Below are positions 7,033 through 16,028 of a DNA stretch of 19,638 nt, piece after piece. This stretch comes from a virus (Duplodnaviria > Heunggongvirae > Uroviricota > Caudoviricetes). The position numbers were made by a program, and so were the translations under genes. The notes under the pieces were generated by a model. That model saw only the letters and a program-made list of their open reading frames with translations, was not told the DNA's origin and searched no databases. The number at the start of each line of letters is the position of its first letter. The first letter of the stretch is position 1. The DNA lies in IMG/VR virus record IMGVR_UViG_2778261223_000002; one strand, written 5' to 3'.

Positions 7033-9134
7033 TGCTGAATCAGGAAACCGCAAAGGCAGCACGAACCGATTCAGGTTATATCCTTCGCGCACCGAGACGA
7101 ATGCGGGTTGCTGATGCCGTTGCTCAGTATATGCGGGTGCCCATGGGGGCAGGGAACTCAGTCCCGTGGGATCCGCTGGTGGCACCGTATGTTATTGAGC
7201 CGATGAACTGCCTGGCCTCGCGTGAATACGACGCAGTGATATTTGTTGGCCCGGCACGAACTGGCAAGACTATCGGCCTGATTGACGGCTGGGTGATTTA
7301 CAACGTGATTTGCGATCCTGCTGATATGCTGATCATTCAGATGACGGAGGAAAAAGCCCGCGAACACTCCAAAAAACGACTTGCCAGAACGTTTCGCGTC
7401 AGCCCGGAAGTGGTCAGTCGCCTGAGTCCGAACAAAAATGACAACAACGTTTATGACAGAACATTCCTTGCTGGTAACTACCTGAAAATCGGCTGGCCGT
7501 CAGTCAATATCATGTCCTCATCAGATTATAAATGCGTCGCGCTGACGGATTATGACCGTTTTCCGGAAGATATTGATGGCGAGGGGGATGCTTTCTCTCT
7601 TGCCTCAAAACGTACCACCACATTTATGTCCAGCGGTATGACGCTGGTGGAGAGTTCCCCCGGCAGGGATGTGAAGGATGTGAAATGGCGACGGACTTCA
7701 CCGCATGAGGCTCCACCAACCACGGGGATCCTGTCGCTCTATAACCGTGGTGATCGCCGTCGCTGGTACTGGCCCTGTCCACACTGTGGTGAGTATTTTC
7801 AGCCCTGCGGCGATGTGGTTGCTGGTTTCCGTGATATTGCCGATCCCGTGCTGGCAAGTGAGGCGGCTTATATTCAGTGCCCTTCCTGTTCAGGACGGAT
7901 TATGCCTGAACAAAAACGTGAGCTGAACGGACGTGGGGTCTGGTTGCGGGATGGTGAATCCATCAATGCGGATGGCAGTCGTTATGGTGATCCCCGACGC
8001 TCACGTATTGCGTCATTCTGGATGGAGGGTCCGGCAGCTGCTTACCAGACACTCTCGCAACTCGTTTACAAACTGCTTACTGCAGAACAGGAATACGAGA
8101 CAACCGGAAGTGAAGAAACACTCAAGACGGTTATCAATACCGACTGGGGATTACCTTATCTTCCCCGCGCCAGCATGGAGCAACGAAAAAGTGAACTGCT
8201 TGAGCAGCGGGCAGAGCCAGTTCCTTCCCGCAGTGTGCCGGATGGCGTTAATTTCCTTGTGGCGACAGTGGATGTGCAGGCGGGACGTCATCGCCGTTTT
8301 GTGGTTCAGGTAACGGGCTATGGCAGCCGTGGCGAACGCTGGATTATTGATCGTTACAACATCACGCAGTCATTGCGCGGTGACAGCGACGGGGAGAGCC
8401 AGCGAATTGATCCGGCCAGCTATCCGGAAGACTGGGATGTCCTGCTGACGGATGTTTTTCATAAAAGCTGGCCGCTGGCCTCCGATCCTTCTCAACAAAT
8501 GCGACTGATGGCAATGGCGGTGGACTCCGGCGGTGAAGACGGGGTCACTGATAATGCCTATAAATTCTGGCGTCGTTGCCGTCGTGATGGCCTTGGTAAA
8601 CGTATTTACCTGTTTAAGGGCGACAGCATCCGGCGCGCAAAACTGATCACTCGTACATTCCCTGATAACACCGGACGAACGGGCCGACGGGCGCAGGCCG
8701 CAGGTGATGTGCCGCTCTGGCTTCTTCAGACGGATGCACTGAAAGACCGGGTGAATAACGCGTTATGGCGTGACTCGCCAGGTCCCGGCTATGTGCATTT
8801 CCCTGACTGGCTGGGGAGCTGGTTTTACGACGAACTGACGTATGAAGAGCGGAGCAGTGACGGGAAATGGAGTAAGCCTGGTCGCGGTGCCAACGAAGCT
8901 TTTGACCTGATGGTGTATGCCGAGGCTCTGGTCATTCTGCATGGATACGAAAAGATCCGCTGGCCGGATGCACCGGAGTGGGCGAGCCGGGAAACCTGGC
9001 TGGAGTGTGTCCAGGACAGTACCGAACCGTCATCCTCACCGGAACCGGTATCCACGCCTGTTAAAAAACAAAAACGGAAGAAAACAGTAACTGACGATGT
9101 TAACCCCTGGCTGACTTCCGGAGGATGGTTATGA
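7032..9134 (+). CDS. Terminase large subunit (lambda gpA-like)
   Basis: 700 aa; Walker A-like VGPARTGKT; size and position between Nu1-like and W-like genes. Confidence 0.9.
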   Translation: MLNQETAKAARTDSGYILRAPRRMRVADAVAQYMRVPMGAGNSVPWDPLVAPYVIEPMNCLASREYDAVIFVGPARTGKTIGLIDGWVIYNVICDPADMLIIQMTEEKAREHSKKRLARTFRVSPEVVSRLSPNKNDNNVYDRTFLAGNYLKIGWPSVNIMSSSDYKCVALTDYDRFPEDIDGEGDAFSLASKRTTTFMSSGMTLVESSPGRDVKDVKWRRTSPHEAPPTTGILSLYNRGDRRRWYWPCPHCGEYFQPCGDVVAGFRDIADPVLASEAAYIQCPSCSGRIMPEQKRELNGRGVWLRDGESINADGSRYGDPRRSRIASFWMEGPAAAYQTLSQLVYKLLTAEQEYETTGSEETLKTVINTDWGLPYLPRASMEQRKSELLEQRAEPVPSRSVPDGVNFLVATVDVQAGRHRRFVVQVTGYGSRGERWIIDRYNITQSLRGDSDGESQRIDPASYPEDWDVLLTDVFHKSWPLASDPSQQMRLMAMAVDSGGEDGVTDNAYKFWRRCRRDGLGKRIYLFKGDSIRRAKLITRTFPDNTGRTGRRAQAAGDVPLWLLQTDALKDRVNNALWRDSPGPGYVHFPDWLGSWFYDELTYEERSSDGKWSKPGRGANEAFDLMVYAEALVILHGYEKIRWPDAPEWASRETWLECVQDSTEPSSSPEPVSTPVKKQKRKKTVTDDVNPWLTSGGWL

Positions 9135-9343
9135 ACCAGAATGATATCGAAGCCATGATTCAGCGTTATACGGAAGCTGAAATGGCGGTGCTGGACGGAA
9201 AATCCGTCACCTTTAATGGTCAGCAGATGACCATGGAAAACTTATCTGAGATCCGGCAGGGACGGCAGGAGTGGGAGCGCCGCCTTGCGGCTCTGATTAC
9301 ACGACGACGGGGGCATCCCGGGTACCGGCTGGCGAGGTTCTGA
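9131..9343 (+). CDS. W: Head-tail joining protein W-like
   Basis: About 70 aa; ATG 9131 with GGAGG 7 nt upstream; overlaps the terL stop and the portal start; size and position match lambda gpW. Confidence 0.6.
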   Translation: MNQNDIEAMIQRYTEAEMAVLDGKSVTFNGQQMTMENLSEIRQGRQEWERRLAALITRRRGHPGYRLARF

Positions 9344-10851
9344 TGGCAATTCTTGATGATGTGATTGGCGTTTTTTCACCTGGATGGAAAGCGGCAAGGC
9401 TGCGTTCCCGTGCGGTGATCCAGGCTTATGAAGCCGTAAAAACGACGCGGACACACAAAGCCCGACGGGAGAACCGAACTGCCGACCAGCTAAGCCAGTA
9501 CGGGGCCGTGTCGTTACGTGAGCAGGCCCGTTACCTTGATAACAACCACGATCTGGTTATTGGTGTATTTGACAAGCTGGAAGAACGGGTGGTGGGGAAA
9601 AACGGGATTATTGTCGAGCCACATCCGGTATTACGCAATGGGGCCATTGCCCGTGATCTGGCAGCGGAGATTCGCACCCGATGGAGTGAATGGTCTGTCA
9701 GCCCGGAAGTCACCGGGCAGTTTACCCGTCCGATGCTGGAACGTCTGATGCTGCGTACCTGGCTGCGCGATGGTGAGGTGTTTGCCCAGATGGTTTCCGG
9801 GCGCATAAACAGCCTGACGCCTTCTGCCGGTGTTCATTTCTGGCTGGAGGCGCTCGAGCCGGACTTTATTCCCATGACCAGTGATGAGAGCAACAGGCTG
9901 AATCAGGGCGTGTTTGTTGATGACTGGGGGCGTCCCGAAAAATATCTGGTGTATAAAAGCCGTCCCGTATCCGGACGGCAGATGGAAACCAAAGAAGTGG
10001 ATGCAGAGCGAATGCTGCATCTTAAATTTGTTCGCCGTCTGCACCAGATGCGCGGGACGTCTTTGTTGTCCGGTGTGCTGATCCGCCTCAGTGCCCTGAA
10101 AGATTATGAAGATTATGAGCTGACTGCAGCAAGGATCGCCGCTGCTCTGGGGATGTACATCCGCAAAGGCGACGGGCAGAGCTATGAACCGGATGGTAAT
10201 GGCAGCAAGGATAAGGAACGCGAGCTTACCATTCAGCCAGGCATTATTTACGATGATCTGAAACCCGGCGAAGAAATCGGAATGGTGAAGTCGGATCGCC
10301 CCAATCCTAACCTTGAAACTTTTCGTAATGGTCAGTTGCGTGCCGTGGCGGCGGGCAGTCGTCTGAGTTTTTCCAGTACAGCGCGCAACTATAACGGCAC
10401 TTACAGCGCCCAGCGTCAGGAGCTGGTTGAATCCACTGATGGCTACCTGATCCTGCAGGACTGGTTTATTGGTGCCGTCACCCGCCCGATGTATCGTGCA
10501 TGGCTGAAACAGGCTGTGGCATCCGGTGTTATCAGGCTACCCCGCGATCTTGACCGTTCTTCACTGTATACCGCGGTGTATTCCGGACCAGTGATGCCGT
10601 GGATTGACCCTGTTAAGGAGGCTGAGGCCTGGAAAATCCAGATTCGTGGTGGAGCGGCGACAGAATCAGACTGGGTACGTGCTGGTGGTCGTAATCCGGA
10701 TGATGTCAAACGTCGGCGCAAGGCCGAAATTGATGAAAACCGCAAGCTGGATCTGGTATTTGATACCGATCCGGCCAGTGATAAAGGAGGCAGTAGTGCC
10801 GCAACGAAACGACAGGAGCCGCAGCACACCGACGACCAGTCCGAAGATTAA
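9343..10851 (+). CDS. Portal protein (lambda gpB-like)
   Basis: ATG 9343 overlapping the W stop (TGATG); about 500 aa; position after terminase and W. Confidence 0.8.
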   Translation: MAILDDVIGVFSPGWKAARLRSRAVIQAYEAVKTTRTHKARRENRTADQLSQYGAVSLREQARYLDNNHDLVIGVFDKLEERVVGKNGIIVEPHPVLRNGAIARDLAAEIRTRWSEWSVSPEVTGQFTRPMLERLMLRTWLRDGEVFAQMVSGRINSLTPSAGVHFWLEALEPDFIPMTSDESNRLNQGVFVDDWGRPEKYLVYKSRPVSGRQMETKEVDAERMLHLKFVRRLHQMRGTSLLSGVLIRLSALKDYEDYELTAARIAAALGMYIRKGDGQSYEPDGNGSKDKERELTIQPGIIYDDLKPGEEIGMVKSDRPNPNLETFRNGQLRAVAAGSRLSFSSTARNYNGTYSAQRQELVESTDGYLILQDWFIGAVTRPMYRAWLKQAVASGVIRLPRDLDRSSLYTAVYSGPVMPWIDPVKEAEAWKIQIRGGAATESDWVRAGGRNPDDVKRRRKAEIDENRKLDLVFDTDPASDKGGSSAATKRQEPQHTDDQSED

Positions 10852-10864
10852 TTCCTGGTTCAGG

Positions 10865-12823
10865 ATGCAGGCTGGTCACCAGAGTGACGCGGATATTTAT
10901 ATTTATGACGAGATTGGTTTCTGGGGTGTTACAGCGAAGCAGTTTATCAGTGATCTGAATGCACTGGGCGATATCACCCACATTAATCTCCATATTAATT
11001 CACCGGGTGGCGATGTCTTTGAAGGCATCGCCATTTTTAATGCGCTGAAAACACATGGTGCGTCCATTACCGTTTATGTCGACGGTGTGGCGGCGTCAAT
11101 GGCGTCGGTCATTGCGATGGTGGGAAACCCGGTCATTATGCCGGAAAACACCTTCATGATGATTCATAAACCATTTGGCTTTACGGGCGGTGATGCGGAG
11201 GACATGCGCACCTATGCCGACCTGCTCGATAAGGTTGAGGCGGTTCTGTTACCCGCTTATGCACAGAAAACCGGGAAAACCACCGATGAAATTGCTGCCA
11301 TGCTGGCGGATGAGACCTGGATGTCCGGTGCCGAATGTCTGGCACAGGGATTTGCTGATCAGGTGACGCCAGCCGTTAAGGCAATGGCATGTATTCAGTC
11401 AAAACGTACAGAGGAATTTAAAAAGATGCCGGAATCCATTCGAAACATGATTACTCCGCCACGCAACAGTGCTCCACGCGTACAGGATGATGAACCTGCA
11501 GCCTCCCGGACGCCAGTGCAGGCAGCAGCACCCGTGGTGGATGAAAACAGTATCCGTGCGCAGGTACTGGCAGAGCAAAAAGCGCGTGTAAACGGTATTA
11601 ATGATCTGTTTGCCATGTTTGGCGGGCGTTATCAGACGCTGCAGGCTCAGTGTCTTGCCGATCCTGAATGTTCGCTGGAACAGGCCCGCGAAAAGCTGTT
11701 GAACGAGATGGGGCGCGAGTCCACGCCATCCAATAAAAATACCCCGGCTCATATTTATGCCGGAAACGGTAATTTTGTGGGGGACGGGATCCGCCAGGCG
11801 CTGATGGCGCGTGCCGGATTTGAAAAAACCGAACGTGATAATGTCTACAACGGGATGACCCTGCGTGAATATGCCCGTATGTCACTGACTGAACGGGGTA
11901 TTGGGGTTTCCAGTTATAACCCGATGCAGATGGTCGGTGCGGCGTTCACACACAGTACGTCTGACTTCGGTAATATTCTGCTGGATGTTGCGAACAAAGC
12001 CATTCTGCAGGGCTGGGAAGATGCCCCTGAAACCTATGAACAGTGGACGCGGAAAGGTCAGTTGTCTGATTTTAAAATTGCCCATCGTGTGGGTATGGGG
12101 GGCTTCAGTGCTCTGCGTCAGGTGCGTGAAGGGGCGGAATATAAATACGTCACCACCGGAGATAAACAGGCCACTATTGCACTGGCGACCTATGGCGAGC
12201 TGTTCAGTATCACCCGTCAGGCCATTATCAATGATGATCTGAATATGCTGACCGATGTCCCGATGAAACTGGGCCGTGCGGCGAAATCCACTATTGCCGA
12301 TCTGGTTTATGCCATTCTGACGTCTAACCCGAAAATCTCCACAGATAATGTAAGTCTGTTCGATAAAGCGAAACATGCAAACGTACTGGAGAGCGCTGCA
12401 ATGGACGTGGCATCGCTGGATAAAGCCCGCCAGTTGATGCGCGTTCAGAAAGAGGGGGAGCGTCATCTGAATATTCGTCCTGCGTTCGTACTGGTACCGA
12501 CGGCGATGGAGTCTGTTGCTAACCAGGTCATTCGCTCCTCAAGTGTCAAGGGGGCTGACATTAACGCCGGTATTATTAACCCGGTGAAAGATTTTGCGAC
12601 CGTTATTGCAGAGCCCCGTCTTGATGATAACAGCCAGACCACCTTCTACCTGGCTGCGTCAAAAGGCTCCGATACGATTGAAGTGGCTTATCTCAACGGT
12701 GTGGATACGCCATATATTGATCAGATGGAGGGCTTCAGTGTGGATGGCGTGACAACGAAAGTGCGTATTGACGCCGGTGTCGCGCCAGTTGATCACCGCG
12801 GTCTGGTGAAATGTACGGCGTAA
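10865..12823 (+). CDS. Prohead protease (ClpP-like) - scaffold - major capsid protein fusion
   Basis: N-terminal ClpP/S14-like segment (HINSPGGDVFEGIAIFNALKTHGASITVYVDGVAASMASVIAMVG), central helical scaffold-like segment, C-terminal about 300 aa HK97-fold capsid-like domain; ATG 10865 is the first Met after the portal stop. Confidence 0.75.
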   Translation: MQAGHQSDADIYIYDEIGFWGVTAKQFISDLNALGDITHINLHINSPGGDVFEGIAIFNALKTHGASITVYVDGVAASMASVIAMVGNPVIMPENTFMMIHKPFGFTGGDAEDMRTYADLLDKVEAVLLPAYAQKTGKTTDEIAAMLADETWMSGAECLAQGFADQVTPAVKAMACIQSKRTEEFKKMPESIRNMITPPRNSAPRVQDDEPAASRTPVQAAAPVVDENSIRAQVLAEQKARVNGINDLFAMFGGRYQTLQAQCLADPECSLEQAREKLLNEMGRESTPSNKNTPAHIYAGNGNFVGDGIRQALMARAGFEKTERDNVYNGMTLREYARMSLTERGIGVSSYNPMQMVGAAFTHSTSDFGNILLDVANKAILQGWEDAPETYEQWTRKGQLSDFKIAHRVGMGGFSALRQVREGAEYKYVTTGDKQATIALATYGELFSITRQAIINDDLNMLTDVPMKLGRAAKSTIADLVYAILTSNPKISTDNVSLFDKAKHANVLESAAMDVASLDKARQLMRVQKEGERHLNIRPAFVLVPTAMESVANQVIRSSSVKGADINAGIINPVKDFATVIAEPRLDDNSQTTFYLAASKGSDTIEVAYLNGVDTPYIDQMEGFSVDGVTTKVRIDAGVAPVDHRGLVKCTA

Positions 12824-12845
12824 ACGTCGCAGACAACAACTCTGA

Positions 12846-12866
12846 TGGCCCGTAAGGGCTTTTTTT
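12846..12866 (+). terminator. Weak intrinsic terminator or attenuator after the capsid gene
   Basis: Hairpin GGCCC-GTAA-GGGCT followed by 7 T. Confidence 0.4.
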
Positions 12867-12909
12867 GTACCTGAAATCAGCCCCTGAACGAGGCTGTGCG
12901 GAGACAGTT

Positions 12910-13233
12910 ATGGCAAAGAATTTTGTAGAAGAAGGAAAAACGGTGGCGATTGTTGCCAGTGCAGCCATCAGCAGCGGAGACCTGGTGCAGGTGGGTGATG
13001 TTTTTGCGGTGGCGCTGACCGATATTCCACAGGGTGAAACAGGCGACGGCCTGACCGAAGGTGTGTTTATGCTGCCTAAGCTGAAAACGGATGACATGAA
13101 AACGGGTAAGAAGGTTTATCTGAAGTCCGGAAAAGTTCAGCTGACTAACAGCGGCTCTGATCCGCTGGTCGGGGTTGTCTGGGCAGATGCCGGAACCAGT
13201 GCAGAAGAAGTGCCGGTAAAACTCAATGTCTGA
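12910..13233 (+). CDS. DUF2190-like small head protein (putative head decoration/cement protein)
   Basis: ATG 12910 with GGAG upstream (internal Met of ORF 12865..13233); about 107 aa; directly after the capsid gene. Confidence 0.45.
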   Translation: MAKNFVEEGKTVAIVASAAISSGDLVQVGDVFAVALTDIPQGETGDGLTEGVFMLPKLKTDDMKTGKKVYLKSGKVQLTNSGSDPLVGVVWADAGTSAEEVPVKLNV

Positions 13234-13501
13234 TCCCTTTTCCCGGCTGGCAGCGCGTATGGATGCGATCACGGTCAGAAAGATGGGAAAGACAGCCTCG
13301 ATTAATGATGTCGATATGACTGTGATCCCGGGAGAAACACTGGCAGAGCTGAATGCTCTGTCCGGACCTGCGGTCTCTCTGGTGGTGTTTTCTTCGGGAT
13401 ACCGCCCACGGCGCGGGGATCGCGTTGTTTATGACGGACAACATTGGACGGTCACACGGCATGAACGCTTTAACGGTAAGCCAATGATCTTTATTGAGTA
13501 A
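13226..13501 (+). CDS. Head-tail joining protein, lambda gpFII-like
   Basis: 91 aa; overlaps upstream stop (ATGTCTGA); pattern GKTASI ... RRGDRVVYDGQHWTV resembles lambda FII (GTSATI ... RRGDTLTIGEENFWV). Confidence 0.55.
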   Translation: MSDPFSRLAARMDAITVRKMGKTASINDVDMTVIPGETLAELNALSGPAVSLVVFSSGYRPRRGDRVVYDGQHWTVTRHERFNGKPMIFIE

Positions 13502-13512
13502 AGAGGTGTGGG

Positions 13513-14091
13513 ATGAAGGGGCTTGAGAATGCCATCCGCAATCTGAACAGCCTTGATACCCGTATGGTGCCACAGGCCAGCGCATGGGCGATAAACCGTG
13601 TGGCACAGAAAGCGGTCTCGGTTGCCACCCGGCAGGTTGCCGGGAATACCGTTGCGGGAGATAACCAGGTGAAAGGGATCCCCCTGAAACTGGTACGTCA
13701 GCGTGTCCGGGTGTTTAAAGCCAGTCCGTCAGGAAAAATGACGGCCAGGATCCGCGTTAACCGGGGCAATCTGCCTGCCATTAAGCTGGGGACCGCCCGG
13801 GTCAGACTGACCCGGCGTGGTGGAAAACTGCAGTACCGTGGCAGCGTGCTGAAGGTGGGTAAATATCTTTTCCGGGATGCGTTTATTCAGCAACTGGCGA
13901 ATGGTCGCTGGCATGTGATGCGGCGTATTGATGGCAAAAATCGTTACCCCATTGATGTGGTGAAAATCCCTCTGTCCGGACAGCTGACACAGGCATTTGA
14001 AGATGCCCGCGACCGCATCATTGCTGCGGAAATGCCGAAACAGCTGGGGTATGCACTGAAACAACAACTGAGGTTATGGCTGACCCGATGA
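13513..14091 (+). CDS. Z: Tail completion protein Z-like
   Basis: 192 aa, same size and position as lambda gpZ (between FII and U); RBS AGAGGTG. Confidence 0.7.
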   Translation: MKGLENAIRNLNSLDTRMVPQASAWAINRVAQKAVSVATRQVAGNTVAGDNQVKGIPLKLVRQRVRVFKASPSGKMTARIRVNRGNLPAIKLGTARVRLTRRGGKLQYRGSVLKVGKYLFRDAFIQQLANGRWHVMRRIDGKNRYPIDVVKIPLSGQLTQAFEDARDRIIAAEMPKQLGYALKQQLRLWLTR

Positions 14092-14489
14092 ACCGACATA
14101 CACAAATCCGCCAGGTCGTACTGGCACGCCTTCGGGAACAGTGTGGAGACAGCGCCACGTTTTTTGACGGGCTTCCGGCATTTGTTGATGCGCAGGAACT
14201 GCCTGCCGTGGCGGTGTGGCTGAGTGATGCTCAGTACACCGGAAAAATGACGGATGAAGATGACTGGCAGGCTGTTCTGCATATTGCTGTCTTCATCCGG
14301 GCACAGGCACCGGATTCAGAGCTGGATATGTGGATGGAGAGCACCATTTTCCCGGCCCTGAATGATGTACCGGCACTTTCCGGACTCATCGACACCCTGA
14401 TCCCACTCGGTTTTAACTATCAACGTGATAATGAGATGGCCACCTGGGCGATGGCGGAAATCACGTACCAGATCACGTACACGAATTAA
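14076..14489 (+). CDS. U: Tail terminator protein U
   Basis: 137 aa; strong similarity to recollected lambda gpU (ATFFDG ... AVAV ... YTG ... HIAVF ... PDSELDMWMES ... ITY). Confidence 0.85.
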   Translation: MADPMNRHTQIRQVVLARLREQCGDSATFFDGLPAFVDAQELPAVAVWLSDAQYTGKMTDEDDWQAVLHIAVFIRAQAPDSELDMWMESTIFPALNDVPALSGLIDTLIPLGFNYQRDNEMATWAMAEITYQITYTN

Positions 14490-14499
14490 GGAGGTGGCA

Positions 14500-15243
14500 A
14501 TGACCACACCAAATCCACTGGCAAAAACGAAAGGTGCGGGAACGACGTTCTGGATGTACACCGGCAAGGGCGATGCGTTTGCGAACCCTTTATCGGACAC
14601 TGACTGGCTGCGTCTTGCGATGGTGAAGGATCTGCAACCTGGCGAAATGACCGCTGATGCAGAAGATGACACTTATCTCGATGATGAAGATGCAGACTGG
14701 AAAACGACAACCCAGGGGCAGAAATCCGTCGGTGATACTTCGGCGACGCTGGCCTGGCGTCCGGGTGACAGCGGGCAGAAAAAACTGGTTCAGTTGTTCG
14801 ACTCCGGTGAAGTCTGCGCGTTTCGTATCAAATATCCCAACGGCACTGTTGATGTTTTCCGTGGCTGGCTGAGCTCACTGGGTAAAACCATTGCCTCAAA
14901 AGACGTGATGACCCGCACAGTGAAAATCAGCGGTGTGGGGCGTCCGTATCTGGCAGAGGAAGGCACTGAAACCGTGAGCGTTACCGGGCTGACAGTATCA
15001 CCGGCATCTGCCAGTGTAAAAGTGGGAGCAACCACCACGCTGACCTTTACAGTAAAACCTGACGGAGCCAGTGACAAAGCGATCAGTGTGCATTCGACAG
15101 ATCCACAGACTGCCACGGTGACCCTGAACGGGCTTGTGGCCACGGTGAAAGGCGTGAAGCAGGGCAGTGTCAGCATTGTGGGCATGACTTCTGACGGCGA
15201 TTTTGTGGCAGTGGCTGCGGTGGCTGTCAGCGCCGCAGGTTAA
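14500..15243 (+). CDS. V: Major tail tube protein V with C-terminal Ig-like domain
   Basis: ATG 14500 with AAGGAGG upstream; near-colinear similarity to lambda gpV (KGAGTT, ANPLSD, YLDDEDADW, NGTVDVFRGW, C-terminal Big_2-like region). Confidence 0.9.
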   Translation: MTTPNPLAKTKGAGTTFWMYTGKGDAFANPLSDTDWLRLAMVKDLQPGEMTADAEDDTYLDDEDADWKTTTQGQKSVGDTSATLAWRPGDSGQKKLVQLFDSGEVCAFRIKYPNGTVDVFRGWLSSLGKTIASKDVMTRTVKISGVGRPYLAEEGTETVSVTGLTVSPASASVKVGATTTLTFTVKPDGASDKAISVHSTDPQTATVTLNGLVATVKGVKQGSVSIVGMTSDGDFVAVAAVAVSAAG

Positions 15244-15264
15244 CAGGACGATACTCATCATTTG

Positions 15265-15288
15265 CCCCGGTTATCCGGGGCTTTTTTG
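15265..15288 (+). terminator. Intrinsic terminator or attenuator between V and G
   Basis: Hairpin CCCCGG-TTAT-CCGGGG followed by CTTTTTT. Confidence 0.45.
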
Positions 15289-15300
15289 CAGGTGGAGAAC

Positions 15301-15690
15301 ATGATGTTTCTGAAACAGGGCACGTTTAATTATGAAAAGCAGTCCGTGGTGCTCAGTGAGCTGTCCGGGCTGCAGAGAATTGAATATCTGGCGTTTGTTC
15401 AGCAGCGAACGGCAAAGTTTGATGCCGAAGAGGGAGAACTGCCGGAGGCTGAACGACAGATTGCTTTTCTGCGGATGGGGATGGATATCAATGCCTGGCT
15501 GGTTTCCCGCTCACTGTGGAATGCGGAACAGTCTCAGGATGTTGAGACGCTTTGCGCATCCGTTATTACAACATGGTCGTATGATGCCCTGGGAGCGGGG
15601 GCGGAGATGGTTCTGTCGCTGAGCGGTATGGGAGCCATTGAGAATGCCGGGGATTTGGAGCATGAGGTGCTGACGCCGGAAAAGTCCTGA
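15301..15690 (+). CDS. G: Tail assembly chaperone G
   Basis: ATG 15301 with GGTGGAG upstream; about 129 aa; lambda gpG-like (MFLK ... SELSGLQRIEYLAF). Confidence 0.8.
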   Translation: MMFLKQGTFNYEKQSVVLSELSGLQRIEYLAFVQQRTAKFDAEEGELPEAERQIAFLRMGMDINAWLVSRSLWNAEQSQDVETLCASVITTWSYDALGAGAEMVLSLSGMGAIENAGDLEHEVLTPEKS

Positions 15691-16028
15691 CGCGGGAAAT
15701 GCAGTTTGTCATGCGGCTTGCCCGGGAGTTCCGGCGGGCAGACTGGCGGCGGATGCTGTCGGAAATGTCGGCCACTGAGCTTGGTGAGTGGGGCGATTAT
15801 TTCCGGATGCAGAGCTTCAGTGATGTGTGGATGGATGCGCAGTTTGCCTCGCTGAAGGCATTGATCGTGAGAATGGTGTCCGGTAGCAGTGATGCTGCGG
15901 TGGCTGATTTCAGCCTTTTACCGGAAGAGAACGGGATACCGGAGCGAACGGACGAAGAACTGATGCATCTGGGGGAAGGTATTTCCGGAGGTGTGCGTTA
16001 TGGACCAGATAGCCAACCTGGTCATTGA
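15678..16028 (+). CDS. T: Tail assembly protein T segment, expected to be made as a G-T fusion by -1 programmed frameshift
   Basis: -1 frame ORF runs to 16028 and overlaps the H start; the -1 frame has a stop at 15663-15665, so shifting must occur within the last 8 codons of G, where the heptamer G-GAA-AAG (15678-15684) lies. Confidence 0.55.
   Translation, partial: GKVLTREMQFVMRLAREFRRADWRRMLSEMSATELGEWGDYFRMQSFSDVWMDAQFASLKALIVRMVSGSSDAAVADFSLLPEENGIPERTDEELMHLGEGISGGVRYGPDSQPGH

Noticed and set aside
11882-12466. 194-aa minus-strand ORF inside the capsid gene (and similar antisense ORFs inside terL, portal, V and H)
   Set aside because: Shadow ORFs antisense to long, well-supported genes; no RBS or independent support.
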